From positions 1 through 40,765 of the IMG/VR virus record IMGVR_UViG_3300012953_000067: DNA of 40,765 nucleotides. One strand, given 5' to 3'. Source of the DNA: a virus. Its lineage: Duplodnaviria > Caudoviricetes. Shown one piece after another: positions 29,869 to 38,368 of this stretch; the first letter of the stretch is position 1, and each line of letters starts with the position of its first letter. A program made the position numbers and the translations under genes. Under the pieces are notes generated by a model, which was given only the letters and a program-made list of their open reading frames with translations, ran no database searches and had not been told where the DNA came from.

Positions 29869-30116
29869 AAAATTATAGACAATTTAGAGAATCATATCTT
29901 CGTATTCAGGAAAGGGGTTCTACTTATGCTCTAACTATTAATTGGAGGGGAAGGACATTATTCACGCAAATGTTTTTTCCTAATGTGTTTACAAGACCAA
30001 CTAGAAGTTCTGTACTACAATCAATAAGAAAGATATATCCAAATGCGAAATTAATATCATATAACCCATCAATGAGAGATCCAAGCAAACCATTACTAGT
30101 ATCTGGTGAACAATAA
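29865..30116 (+). CDS. Hypothetical basic protein with capsid-targeting-like N-terminus (83 aa)
   Basis: ATGA overlap with gp16, fills the gap to gp17; starts MKNYRQFRE. Confidence 0.75.
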   Translation: MKNYRQFRESYLRIQERGSTYALTINWRGRTLFTQMFFPNVFTRPTRSSVLQSIRKIYPNAKLISYNPSMRDPSKPLLVSGEQ

Positions 30117-30121
30117 AAATT

Positions 30122-31780
30122 ATGGCTGATAACATATATCTGGGTAATCCTAATTTAAAAAAGGCAAATACTCCAGTTGAATTTGATGCAGAACAAATAT
30201 CAGAATTCATCAAATGTAAAGATGATCCAATATATTTTGCTAGAACTTATATCAAGATTGTAAACGTTGATGAGGGTCTTGTCGGATTTGACATGTGGCC
30301 TTTTCAAGAGAAGTTAATACAAAGATTCCACGATAATAGATTTAATATCTGTATGATGCCTCGACAGACTGGTAAGTCTACAACATCGGTATCTTATCTG
30401 TTACATTATGCAATATTCAATGATAATGTAAATATTGGTATTCTTGCTAACAAGGCAGCAACTGCAAGAGATCTACTTGGTAGATTGCAGATTGCTTATG
30501 AAAATCTACCCAAGTGGATGCAACAAGGTATTCTTGTATGGAATAAAGGAAGTTTGGAATTAGAAAATGGATCTAAAATTATGGCAGCATCTACATCTGC
30601 TGCTGCAGTTCGAGGTATGTCATTCAACATCATATTCTTAGACGAATTTGCTTTTGTACCCAATCATATTGCAGATGACTTCTTTAGTTCAGTTTATCCT
30701 ACTATTTCATCTGGTACATCTACTAAAATTATAATTGTATCTACTCCTAAAGGTATGAATCATTTCTACCGAATGTGGCACGATGCAGAAAATGGTGAGA
30801 GTGATTATGTACCAACTGCTGTTCACTGGTCTGAAGTTCCCAATAGAGATGCTGCATGGAGAGAGCAAACAATCAAGAACACATCAGAACAACAGTTTAA
30901 AGTTGAATTTGAGTGTGAATTTTTGGGATCTGTTGATACTCTTATATCTCCAGCAAAATTAAGGTCTCTTGTATATGAGAAACCATTAACATCAAATAGT
31001 GGATTAGATATCTATACAGCACCAGTAGAAAAACACGATTACTTATGTACGGTTGATGTGGCAAGGGGTGTTGGTGAAGATTACTCTGCCTTTGTGGTAA
31101 TTGATATTACCGAATTTCCACATCAAGTAGTAGCAAAATATAGAAATAATACAATCAAACCTATGCTATTTCCAAATATAATATACGAAACAGTAAGAGG
31201 ATATAATAATGCATGGGTTTTATGTGAAGTAAATGATGTAGGAGATCAGGTTGCTGCTATTTTAAATTTTGATCTTGAGTATATGAATCTTCTTATGTGT
31301 TCTATGAGAGGTAGAGCAGGTCAGATTGTAGGTCAAGGATTTTCTGGCAATAAAACACAGTTAGGTGTAAAGATGTCTAAGACTGTGAAGAAAATAGGAT
31401 CATTGAATCTAAAACAAATAGTAGAATCAGATAAAGTACTATTCAAAGATTTGGATATTATTTCAGAATTAACTACTTTTATATCTAAAAGCAATTCATT
31501 CGAGGCAGAGGATGGGTGTAATGATGACCTTGCTATGTGTTTAGTGATATATGCATGGTTAGTTCAATGTGACTACTTTAAAGAGCTTACAGATCAAGAT
31601 GTAAGGAAGAAATTATATGAAGATCAAAGAGATCAAATTGAGCAAGATATGGCACCTTTTGGGTTCATTAGTGATGGAACTGATGAAGTCTCATTTGTAG
31701 ACCCAGAAGGAGATCGTTGGTATACCGATGAATATGGAGATAAAGGTGGCGGTATGAATTACATGTGGGACTATATGTAA
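30122..31780 (+). CDS. gp17: Terminase large subunit gp17
   Basis: Walker A PRQTGKST, Walker B IIFLDEFAF, coupling motif VSTP, nuclease motifs TVDVARG..DYS and DDLAM. Confidence 0.97.
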   Translation: MADNIYLGNPNLKKANTPVEFDAEQISEFIKCKDDPIYFARTYIKIVNVDEGLVGFDMWPFQEKLIQRFHDNRFNICMMPRQTGKSTTSVSYLLHYAIFNDNVNIGILANKAATARDLLGRLQIAYENLPKWMQQGILVWNKGSLELENGSKIMAASTSAAAVRGMSFNIIFLDEFAFVPNHIADDFFSSVYPTISSGTSTKIIIVSTPKGMNHFYRMWHDAENGESDYVPTAVHWSEVPNRDAAWREQTIKNTSEQQFKVEFECEFLGSVDTLISPAKLRSLVYEKPLTSNSGLDIYTAPVEKHDYLCTVDVARGVGEDYSAFVVIDITEFPHQVVAKYRNNTIKPMLFPNIIYETVRGYNNAWVLCEVNDVGDQVAAILNFDLEYMNLLMCSMRGRAGQIVGQGFSGNKTQLGVKMSKTVKKIGSLNLKQIVESDKVLFKDLDIISELTTFISKSNSFEAEDGCNDDLAMCLVIYAWLVQCDYFKELTDQDVRKKLYEDQRDQIEQDMAPFGFISDGTDEVSFVDPEGDRWYTDEYGDKGGGMNYMWDYM

Positions 31781-31781
31781 T

Positions 31782-32288
31782 ATGAGTAGTAGTCTCAATA
31801 TATCTGTTTATAATAATTTTTTTAAAGAAGAAATACAAAACGAAATTTGGGAAAAGATGATGAGACCAAAATGGTCTTTTACTGGTGGTGGAACAACTAG
31901 AAATCGTTTTTGGCATATGGATGGACTTGAAAAGGAAAAATATTTTAGTGAGTATCTATATGAAATTATTTGCAAAAAGTTAGATAAAAAGTTTACTAGT
32001 ATTGGAAGAATATACGCTAATGGACAAACAGCAGGTCAAAATGGTAGTATCCATTCAGATGATGGCGAAATGACATTTCTATATTATCCAAATCTAGAAT
32101 GGAAAATACATGATCTTGGACATCTGATGTTTATTGATTCAGAAAACGATGAAATTATTAAAACTATTTCATATAAACCTAATAGGGCAATACTCTTTCC
32201 TGCTAATATAAGACATTTTGCCCAAGCACCACATAGTAAATCTTTTAATGATATAAGAGTATCACTAGCATATAAGTTTTACATGTAA
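31782..32288 (+). CDS. 2OG-Fe(II) dioxygenase superfamily protein (prolyl-hydroxylase-like)
   Basis: RIYANGQT...G.IHSD (HxD), TFLYY.N..W, YKPNRAILFP...RH (distal His), RVSLAYK (RxS 2OG-binding). Confidence 0.88.
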   Translation: MSSSLNISVYNNFFKEEIQNEIWEKMMRPKWSFTGGGTTRNRFWHMDGLEKEKYFSEYLYEIICKKLDKKFTSIGRIYANGQTAGQNGSIHSDDGEMTFLYYPNLEWKIHDLGHLMFIDSENDEIIKTISYKPNRAILFPANIRHFAQAPHSKSFNDIRVSLAYKFYM

Positions 32289-32312
32289 GATTGCATGTAA
32301 GGAATAGTAATT

Positions 32313-32320
32313 TATAAATA
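32313..32320 (+). promoter_or_regulatory. T4 late promoter TATAAATA
   Basis: Exact consensus upstream of gp18. Confidence 0.85.
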
Positions 32321-32356
32321 TTTTCAGATAAATTGATACCTTTAGAGGGGAAAAAC

Positions 32357-34783
32357 ATGTCGCTAAACTTAGTTTCACCTGGAGTCAAGGTAAGGGAAGT
32401 AGACTTAACAATTGGAAGAGTTGATGCTGTTAATGAACTAGTTGGTGCGATTGCAGGTCCATTTGAAAAAGGCCCTATTAACACTCCAATTCTAATCGAA
32501 ACGGAGCAAGATCTTCTTAAAACGTTTGGTAAGCCTATTTCAACTGACTCGCAATATGAGTATTGGATGAGTGCATCTAACTATCTTTCTTATGGCGGTG
32601 TCCTAAGAGTAGTCAGAACAGATAATACAAATTTAAATAACGCAAATGCTGGTGTATCATATGCATCAACAACTGCAAAGATAGAATCTTACGAAAATTA
32701 CGTAAACAATCATTCAACTGCATCTGATTGGTACTATGCTGCCAAAGATCCAGGAAGATGGGCAAACGGATTAAGAGTTTGCACAATTGATGGATTTGCA
32801 GATCAATCATTTACTGGTGTTACCACAAGTCAATTCATAGTTGGTGCTGGTGTAACTCAAACATTAGTAGGTAAAGTTGATCCAGGATCTAATGGTTCAA
32901 CTACAACATTTACTGGAGGATTCCTAAGAGGAGTTGTTACTGGTATTGGTGAAGGAGAGGTTTATGTTAAAGTCGTTGACCAAGTAACAGCAGCTGGAGT
33001 TTCAAGTCCAGCAACTTATGCTCAAGGTTCAGTCAACAAGTTTGACAATCCAGTTACTACTGCTGACCATGTAGTTAATATTGGTTTTGGTGCTACTACT
33101 GCAGTTTTAAATGCTGCTTTCGATATTACAGTTACTGGTATTACAACTGAGAATATCAATGGTGTTGCTTCTTGGGATTTCACTACTAGTGGTGGATCTT
33201 ACATAGAAGTAAGTGGAAATGGAGTTGGAGCAGGAACAACTATTGTTGCAATTGGTGCAAGTACAATTACTGTAGACAGAGCAATTACTGCTGGTGCAGG
33301 TACAACAACTCTAACATTCACTAAAGTTTCTATTGCTAACACAACATCTAACCCAATACATGTTGTTGGAACTGATGGTGCAGCTGATGAAACAATTAGA
33401 TCTGCAACTACAAAAGACTGGTGGGAAGATCAGAAATTAGATCTTACCAACTCAACAGTATATTGGAAGACTGTTGCTACAAGACCAGGAACATCTGAGT
33501 ATGCTTCACAAAGAAGTGCAGTTAACGATGAAATACACGTTGTTGTAATAGATGATAATGGTGATGTAACTGGTACTGCAGGACAAATTGTAGAGAAGCA
33601 TTTAGGTCTTTCTAAGGCACTTGATGGTAAGATAACTCCATCTGAGAATATCTACTGGAAGGATGCTCTAGCACTTAAGTCACAATATCTCTATGGTGGA
33701 TATGTTGGTACTGGTGCTACATCAGGACTTACTGCTACTGCAGGTGGTTACGCATATACTCCAAAACCTGTTGGTAACTGGAATGGAAACGCTCAAGGTC
33801 AAACATTCGCAGTACAAGGAAACAAAGGTTATACATTAACAGGTGGAGAAAACTATTCTGCTTCTGGTGGATATGGTGCTACACTCGCTAATGTTATTAG
33901 TGGATATGAGAAGTTCAAGAATCAGGCAGAGTATCAACTTAACTTCTTAATTCAAGGACCATCTGGTGGTTCAACCATGCAAGAGTCGCAATCTAAAGCA
34001 AATTATCTAATCTCTATTGCAGAATTGAGAAAAGATTGTGTTGCTTGTGTATCTCCTCATAAAAGTGGAGTTGTTAACATAACAGATTCTGACGCTCAAA
34101 CAGAAAATATTATTGACTTCTTTGATCCTATTACTTCATCTTCTTATGCTGTATTCGACTCTGGTTACAAATACGTTTATGATAGATTTAATAATAAATT
34201 TAGATACCTTGCATTAAACTCAGATACTGCTGGATTGATGGCAAGAACTTCTATCAATCAGTATTCATGGTTCTCTCCTGCTGGTGCATCAAGGGGTTCG
34301 ATTAACAATGCTATTAAACTAGCATATAACCCATCTCAAGCACAAAGAGATTTAATCTATCCTAAGAGAATTAACCCTGTTGTATTCTCACCTGGTGCTG
34401 GAATTGTTCTCTTTGGAGATAGAACTGGTCTATCATATGCTTCTGCATTCGATAGAATTAACGTTCGTCGTTTGTTCCTCACTATTGAGGCAACAATTGA
34501 GAGAGCAGCAAAAGCTCAACTCTTCGAGTTCAATGATGTAATTACAAGATCCAATTTTGTAAATATTGTTGAACCATACCTACGTGATGTTAAGTCGAAG
34601 AGAGGTATTACTGATTTTGTCGTTGTTTGCGATGAAACAAACAACACCCCTGACATAATTGATGCCAACCAATTTAAGGCTGACATCTTTGTCAAACCTG
34701 CAAGATCAATCAACTTCATCGGTCTAACCTTCGTTGCTACCCGTACTGGTGTTAGCTTTGAAGAAGTCGTTGGAAACGTTTAA
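32357..34783 (+). CDS. gp18: Tail sheath protein gp18 (start revised to ATG 32357)
   Basis: MSLNLVSPGVKVREVDLT, GPF.KGP, WFSPAG..RG, FDRINVRRLF, KPARSINFI.L.FVATRTG; SD-like AGAGGGG before ATG 32357. Confidence 0.96.
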   Translation: MSLNLVSPGVKVREVDLTIGRVDAVNELVGAIAGPFEKGPINTPILIETEQDLLKTFGKPISTDSQYEYWMSASNYLSYGGVLRVVRTDNTNLNNANAGVSYASTTAKIESYENYVNNHSTASDWYYAAKDPGRWANGLRVCTIDGFADQSFTGVTTSQFIVGAGVTQTLVGKVDPGSNGSTTTFTGGFLRGVVTGIGEGEVYVKVVDQVTAAGVSSPATYAQGSVNKFDNPVTTADHVVNIGFGATTAVLNAAFDITVTGITTENINGVASWDFTTSGGSYIEVSGNGVGAGTTIVAIGASTITVDRAITAGAGTTTLTFTKVSIANTTSNPIHVVGTDGAADETIRSATTKDWWEDQKLDLTNSTVYWKTVATRPGTSEYASQRSAVNDEIHVVVIDDNGDVTGTAGQIVEKHLGLSKALDGKITPSENIYWKDALALKSQYLYGGYVGTGATSGLTATAGGYAYTPKPVGNWNGNAQGQTFAVQGNKGYTLTGGENYSASGGYGATLANVISGYEKFKNQAEYQLNFLIQGPSGGSTMQESQSKANYLISIAELRKDCVACVSPHKSGVVNITDSDAQTENIIDFFDPITSSSYAVFDSGYKYVYDRFNNKFRYLALNSDTAGLMARTSINQYSWFSPAGASRGSINNAIKLAYNPSQAQRDLIYPKRINPVVFSPGAGIVLFGDRTGLSYASAFDRINVRRLFLTIEATIERAAKAQLFEFNDVITRSNFVNIVEPYLRDVKSKRGITDFVVVCDETNNTPDIIDANQFKADIFVKPARSINFIGLTFVATRTGVSFEEVVGNV

Positions 34784-34786
34784 ATA
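34779..34786 (+). promoter_or_regulatory. Late promoter variant TTTAAATA
   Basis: Overlaps the gp18 stop codon; followed by SD GAGGA (34791-34795) and the gp19 ATG. Confidence 0.6.
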
Positions 34787-34803
34787 ACTAGAGGAACAAA
34801 TTA

Positions 34804-35439
34804 ATGGCAAACCTAAACATTCCTGCAACGAGAGATAGAACCCTTGATGCTTTCAAGGGTAAGATGATTGGGGGCGGTACTAGATCCAATCTATTTGAAG
34901 TTGAACTTTATTTTCCAGATGATGCTGTTCCAACAGATTCCACTAAGGATATTCTGTCGGACAAATCTAGATTTTTAGTTAAAACTGCTGCTCTACCTGC
35001 ATCTAATATCAGTAATATTGCAGTTCCTTTCAGAGGAAGAAACCTTAAAATTGCTGGTGATCGAACATTCGATCCTTGGTCAATCACAGTCATCAATGAT
35101 ACTGATTTTGTAATCAGAAATGCATTTGAAAGATGGATGAACTTGATTAACAAGCATGAAGATAATGCTGGATTAACAGATCCTACTTCATATCAACAGG
35201 ATATGTATGTAAGACAACTCGGAAGATCAACTGTTTCTGGAACAAATCCAGTTAGTGCTGCTCAAGTACCTGTACTTAAACAGTATAGATTCTATGGAGC
35301 ATTCCCAACACTAGTTTCTGCAATAGATTTAAGTTATGAAAATACTGATTCTATTGAAGAATTTACTGTCGAACTTCAGTATCAGTGGTACGATGCACAA
35401 GATTCTACTGGATCTACTCAATTAGGTACTGGTGTTTAA
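34804..35439 (+). CDS. gp19: Tail tube protein gp19
   Basis: GGG.RSNLFEV, A.LPAS...I.VPFRGR.LKIAGDRTFDPW..TVIND..F.IR.AFE.W, IEEF.V. Confidence 0.95.
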   Translation: MANLNIPATRDRTLDAFKGKMIGGGTRSNLFEVELYFPDDAVPTDSTKDILSDKSRFLVKTAALPASNISNIAVPFRGRNLKIAGDRTFDPWSITVINDTDFVIRNAFERWMNLINKHEDNAGLTDPTSYQQDMYVRQLGRSTVSGTNPVSAAQVPVLKQYRFYGAFPTLVSAIDLSYENTDSIEEFTVELQYQWYDAQDSTGSTQLGTGV

Positions 35440-35440
35440 T

Positions 35441-35448
35441 CATAAATA
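35441..35448 (+). promoter_or_regulatory. Late promoter CATAAATA
   Basis: NATAAATA, intergenic between gp19 and gp20. Confidence 0.75.
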
Positions 35449-35478
35449 GTGCTATAATAGTAGCAAAACAGTTATACA

Positions 35479-37158
35479 ATGGCAAAGCTCTTTGGCTTTA
35501 AGTTACCGAGTGCTGGTGGAAGCGATAAAAACAAAAATATCGTTTCTCCAGTACCCCCTAACGACGAAGATAAATCAGATTTTTATATATCCAGTGGATT
35601 CTACGGACAATACGTAGATATCGAAGGAGTATACAAAAACGAACAAGACTTAGTTCGTAGATACCGTGAAATGTGTCTACATCCTGAGTGTGATAGTGCA
35701 ATTGAAGATATTGTAAATGAAGCAATTGTTTCTGATCTTAATGATTCTCCTGTAGAAGTTGAGTTATCAAACTTACCTGCATCAGATAAGTTAAAAGATA
35801 TTATTAGAGAAGAATTTAAATACATCAAGCAACTCATGAACTTCGATAAGAAGTCTCATGAGATTTTTCGTACTTGGTATATTGATGGAAGAGTATATTA
35901 CCATAAAGTAATTGACTTAAAAAGACCACAAGATGGTTTGCAAGAAATTAGATATATTGACCCACTTAAAATAAAATTAGTAAGAAAGCAAGAGAAACTT
36001 GGTCCTAACTATCAGTCACCAGTATATACTGATCAGTTAAATCAAACAAAAATGTTTGAAGCTCCCAAACTTGAGGAGTATTATGTTTATAGTCCAAATG
36101 CTACTACTAAAAATAGTGGTAATGTGATGCTTCCAAACAGAGGAGATCAAAAAAGTGTTCAAATAGCAAAAGATGCAATCGTATATGTCACTTCAGGACT
36201 TGTAGATCGTAACAAGCAAACAGTATTATCATACTTACATAAGGCAATCAAAGGACTTAACCAATTAAGAATGGTTGAAGATAGTCTTGTTATTTACAGA
36301 TTATCTCGTGCTCCAGAAAGAAGAATATTCTACATTGATGTTGGTAATCTTCCAAAGGTAAAGGCAGAACAATATCTTCGTGATGTTATGAATCGTTATC
36401 GTAACAAGTTGGTATATAATGCTGATACTGGAGAGATCAGAGATGATCGTAAGTATATGGCAATGCTTGAAGATTTCTGGTTACCAAGAAGAGAAGGTGG
36501 AAGAGGAACAGAAATTACTACATTACCTGGTGGACAAAACCTTGGAGAACTTAATGATATAGAATATTTTCAGACAAAATTATATAAAGCATTGAATGTT
36601 CCATCAAGTAGATTAGATAGTAGTGGTGGATTTAATTTAGGTCGTTCATCAGAGATCTTAAGAGATGAACTTAAATTTACTAAATTTGTAGGTAGACTTC
36701 GTAAGAGATTTTCTGGAATCTTTATGGATATGCTTAAGACTCAATTGATTCTTAAAAACATTTGTACCCCAGACGATTGGGATCATTTGGAAGAACATAT
36801 TCAATTTGATTATCTTTATGATAATCATTTTTCAGATCTTAAAGAAAATGAACTTCTTAATGAACAACTTGGTGTTCTTGCTGCAATGGAACCATATATG
36901 GGTAGATATTTCTCTGCAGAATATGTAAGGAGTAGGATTCTAAAACAGACTGAAGAAGAAATTAAAGAAATTGATGCACAAATTGATCAAGAAATTGAAG
37001 ATGGTGTACTACCTGATCCAGCAACATTAATGGATCCTGCAACTGGAATGCCACTTGACCCACTTGCTAGTCAAAGTATGATGGGTGCTCCTGTAAATGG
37101 GCAAGAAGTTAATGGTAGTGCGACAGAAGTAAAAATGCCCAAAGGTGGAGAGATATAA
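35479..37158 (+). CDS. gp20: Portal vertex protein gp20
   Basis: WYIDGR, SYLHKAIK..NQLRM.EDSLVIYRLSRAPERRIFYIDVGNLPK.KAEQYL, EDFWLPRREGGRGTEITTLPGG. Confidence 0.98.
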   Translation: MAKLFGFKLPSAGGSDKNKNIVSPVPPNDEDKSDFYISSGFYGQYVDIEGVYKNEQDLVRRYREMCLHPECDSAIEDIVNEAIVSDLNDSPVEVELSNLPASDKLKDIIREEFKYIKQLMNFDKKSHEIFRTWYIDGRVYYHKVIDLKRPQDGLQEIRYIDPLKIKLVRKQEKLGPNYQSPVYTDQLNQTKMFEAPKLEEYYVYSPNATTKNSGNVMLPNRGDQKSVQIAKDAIVYVTSGLVDRNKQTVLSYLHKAIKGLNQLRMVEDSLVIYRLSRAPERRIFYIDVGNLPKVKAEQYLRDVMNRYRNKLVYNADTGEIRDDRKYMAMLEDFWLPRREGGRGTEITTLPGGQNLGELNDIEYFQTKLYKALNVPSSRLDSSGGFNLGRSSEILRDELKFTKFVGRLRKRFSGIFMDMLKTQLILKNICTPDDWDHLEEHIQFDYLYDNHFSDLKENELLNEQLGVLAAMEPYMGRYFSAEYVRSRILKQTEEEIKEIDAQIDQEIEDGVLPDPATLMDPATGMPLDPLASQSMMGAPVNGQEVNGSATEVKMPKGGEI

Positions 37159-37161
37159 ATA
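37154..37161 (+). promoter_or_regulatory. T4 late promoter TATAAATA
   Basis: Exact consensus overlapping the gp20 stop codon. Confidence 0.82.
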
Positions 37162-37184
37162 CTTTTTAGTTATTTCTTAATATA

Positions 37185-37403
37185 ATGCCAACTAATGATG
37201 AACTTATTAATGCACTTCTTGACAAAGGAGCATCTGCTTCTGATGTGAGTGACAAAATCAAAGATATGCTTTTTGCTAAAAGTGCAAAAAGAGTTGATGA
37301 TGTTAAACAAGATGTTTCTTCAAGCTTATTTGCCGACCAAGAAACTGAAAGTGAACCTGAAGCAACAAATGAAGTAGATCAAGAAGAGGAGTCTAATGAC
37401 TAG
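37185..37403 (+). CDS. Small acidic head-region protein (positional analogue of prohead core gp67)
   Basis: 72 aa, helical N-terminus, acidic tail; lies between gp20 and gp21 like T4 genes 67/68. Confidence 0.7.
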   Translation: MPTNDELINALLDKGASASDVSDKIKDMLFAKSAKRVDDVKQDVSSSLFADQETESEPEATNEVDQEEESND

Positions 37404-37665
37404 AACTTTAGTAACAGGTAGTGAAGCAGCATGTGGCACTGATGCTGCAGGTGCTTCTACATTTGGAAGTGCAACTGTAGTACGTCTTGTCAATACTACA
37501 AGCACTGCAAGAGTAGTAACTGTTGCTGATGCTGTTGGAGGATCAACAGTTGGAACTTTTACATTGTTAGGTAACACTGTTGAATTTGTTGATAAAAAAT
37601 CAACCGAGGCAATTTTTGCTGCTCATGCTAGTGTCTTGGGTACATCTGTAGGATACGCAAATTAA
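37396..37665 (+). CDS. Small beta-rich head-region hypothetical protein (89 aa)
   Basis: Overlaps the previous stop, GAGGAG at 37386-37391, A.VVRLVN...GTFTL...VEFVDK pattern. Confidence 0.72.
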   Translation: MTRTLVTGSEAACGTDAAGASTFGSATVVRLVNTTSTARVVTVADAVGGSTVGTFTLLGNTVEFVDKKSTEAIFAAHASVLGTSVGYAN

Positions 37666-37669
37666 AAAA

Positions 37670-38320
37670 ATGAAATTAATCACAGAAGAAGTCTCAAACG
37701 TTGAGTTTATTACAGAAGGCAAAGGTGCCAATAAAAAAATGTACATCGAAGGTGTATTTCTTCAAGGTGGTATAAAAAACCGCAATGGTAGAATGTACCC
37801 TGTACAAACTCTTGCTAAAGAGGTTAATCGTTATAATGAATCATTTGTTGGTAAAGGTCGTGCTTTGGGAGAGTTAGGTCACCCAGATGGGCCAACTGTT
37901 AATCTTGATCGTGTTTCACATAAGATTACTTCTCTTAGACAAGAAGGTAATAATTTTAGAGGTAAAGCACAAATCCTCAATACACCAATGGGTAAAATCG
38001 CATCATCCCTTATAGGTGAAGGCGTGACACTTGGTGTTTCTTCTCGTGGTATTGGATCATTAAGAGAAGATCATACTGGTGCAAAAGTTGTAGGCGAAGA
38101 CTTCATGTTAGCAACTGCTGCTGATATCGTCGCTGATCCTTCTGCTCCCGATGCTTTTGTATCAGGAATTATGGAAGGAAAGGAGTGGGTTTGGGAAGGT
38201 GGTAACCTTCGTGAACAGTTTGCGTCACATACAAAAAGACGTATAAACACTCTAGTTGATCAAAAAAGACTAGAAGAGCACAAGCTTGGTTTGTTCCAAG
38301 ACTTTCTCTCAAATCTTTAA
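37670..38320 (+). CDS. gp21: Prohead core scaffold/protease gp21
   Basis: MKLITE, IEGVFLQ...KNRNGR.YP, ALGELGHP, GVSSRG.GS catalytic region, D.VADPSAPDAFV. Confidence 0.96.
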   Translation: MKLITEEVSNVEFITEGKGANKKMYIEGVFLQGGIKNRNGRMYPVQTLAKEVNRYNESFVGKGRALGELGHPDGPTVNLDRVSHKITSLRQEGNNFRGKAQILNTPMGKIASSLIGEGVTLGVSSRGIGSLREDHTGAKVVGEDFMLATAADIVADPSAPDAFVSGIMEGKEWVWEGGNLREQFASHTKRRINTLVDQKRLEEHKLGLFQDFLSNL

Positions 38321-38322
38321 TT

Positions 38323-38334
38323 TATAAATAAATA
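38323..38334 (+). promoter_or_regulatory. T4 late promoter TATAAATA (with overlapping AATAAATA)
   Basis: Exact consensus at 38323-38330 upstream of gp22. Confidence 0.85.
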
Positions 38335-38368
38335 TAGTCAATTACTAAAGGTATTCGGAGAATTTCAA

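Noticed and set aside
32333-32356. TTG start for gp18 given by the ORF track
   Set aside because: ATG 32357 has an SD-like motif and gives the conserved ...LVSPGV N-terminus.
29452-35439. T4-like gene 16/gene 19 homologous sites that amplify gene 17
   Set aside because: I could not find a convincing shared sequence by eye; a dot-plot would be needed.
38033-38059. GVSSRGIGS in gp21 as an instance of the G-x-G-S/T motif
   Set aside because: This is the conserved catalytic-serine region of T4-type prohead proteases, so the match is coincidental.
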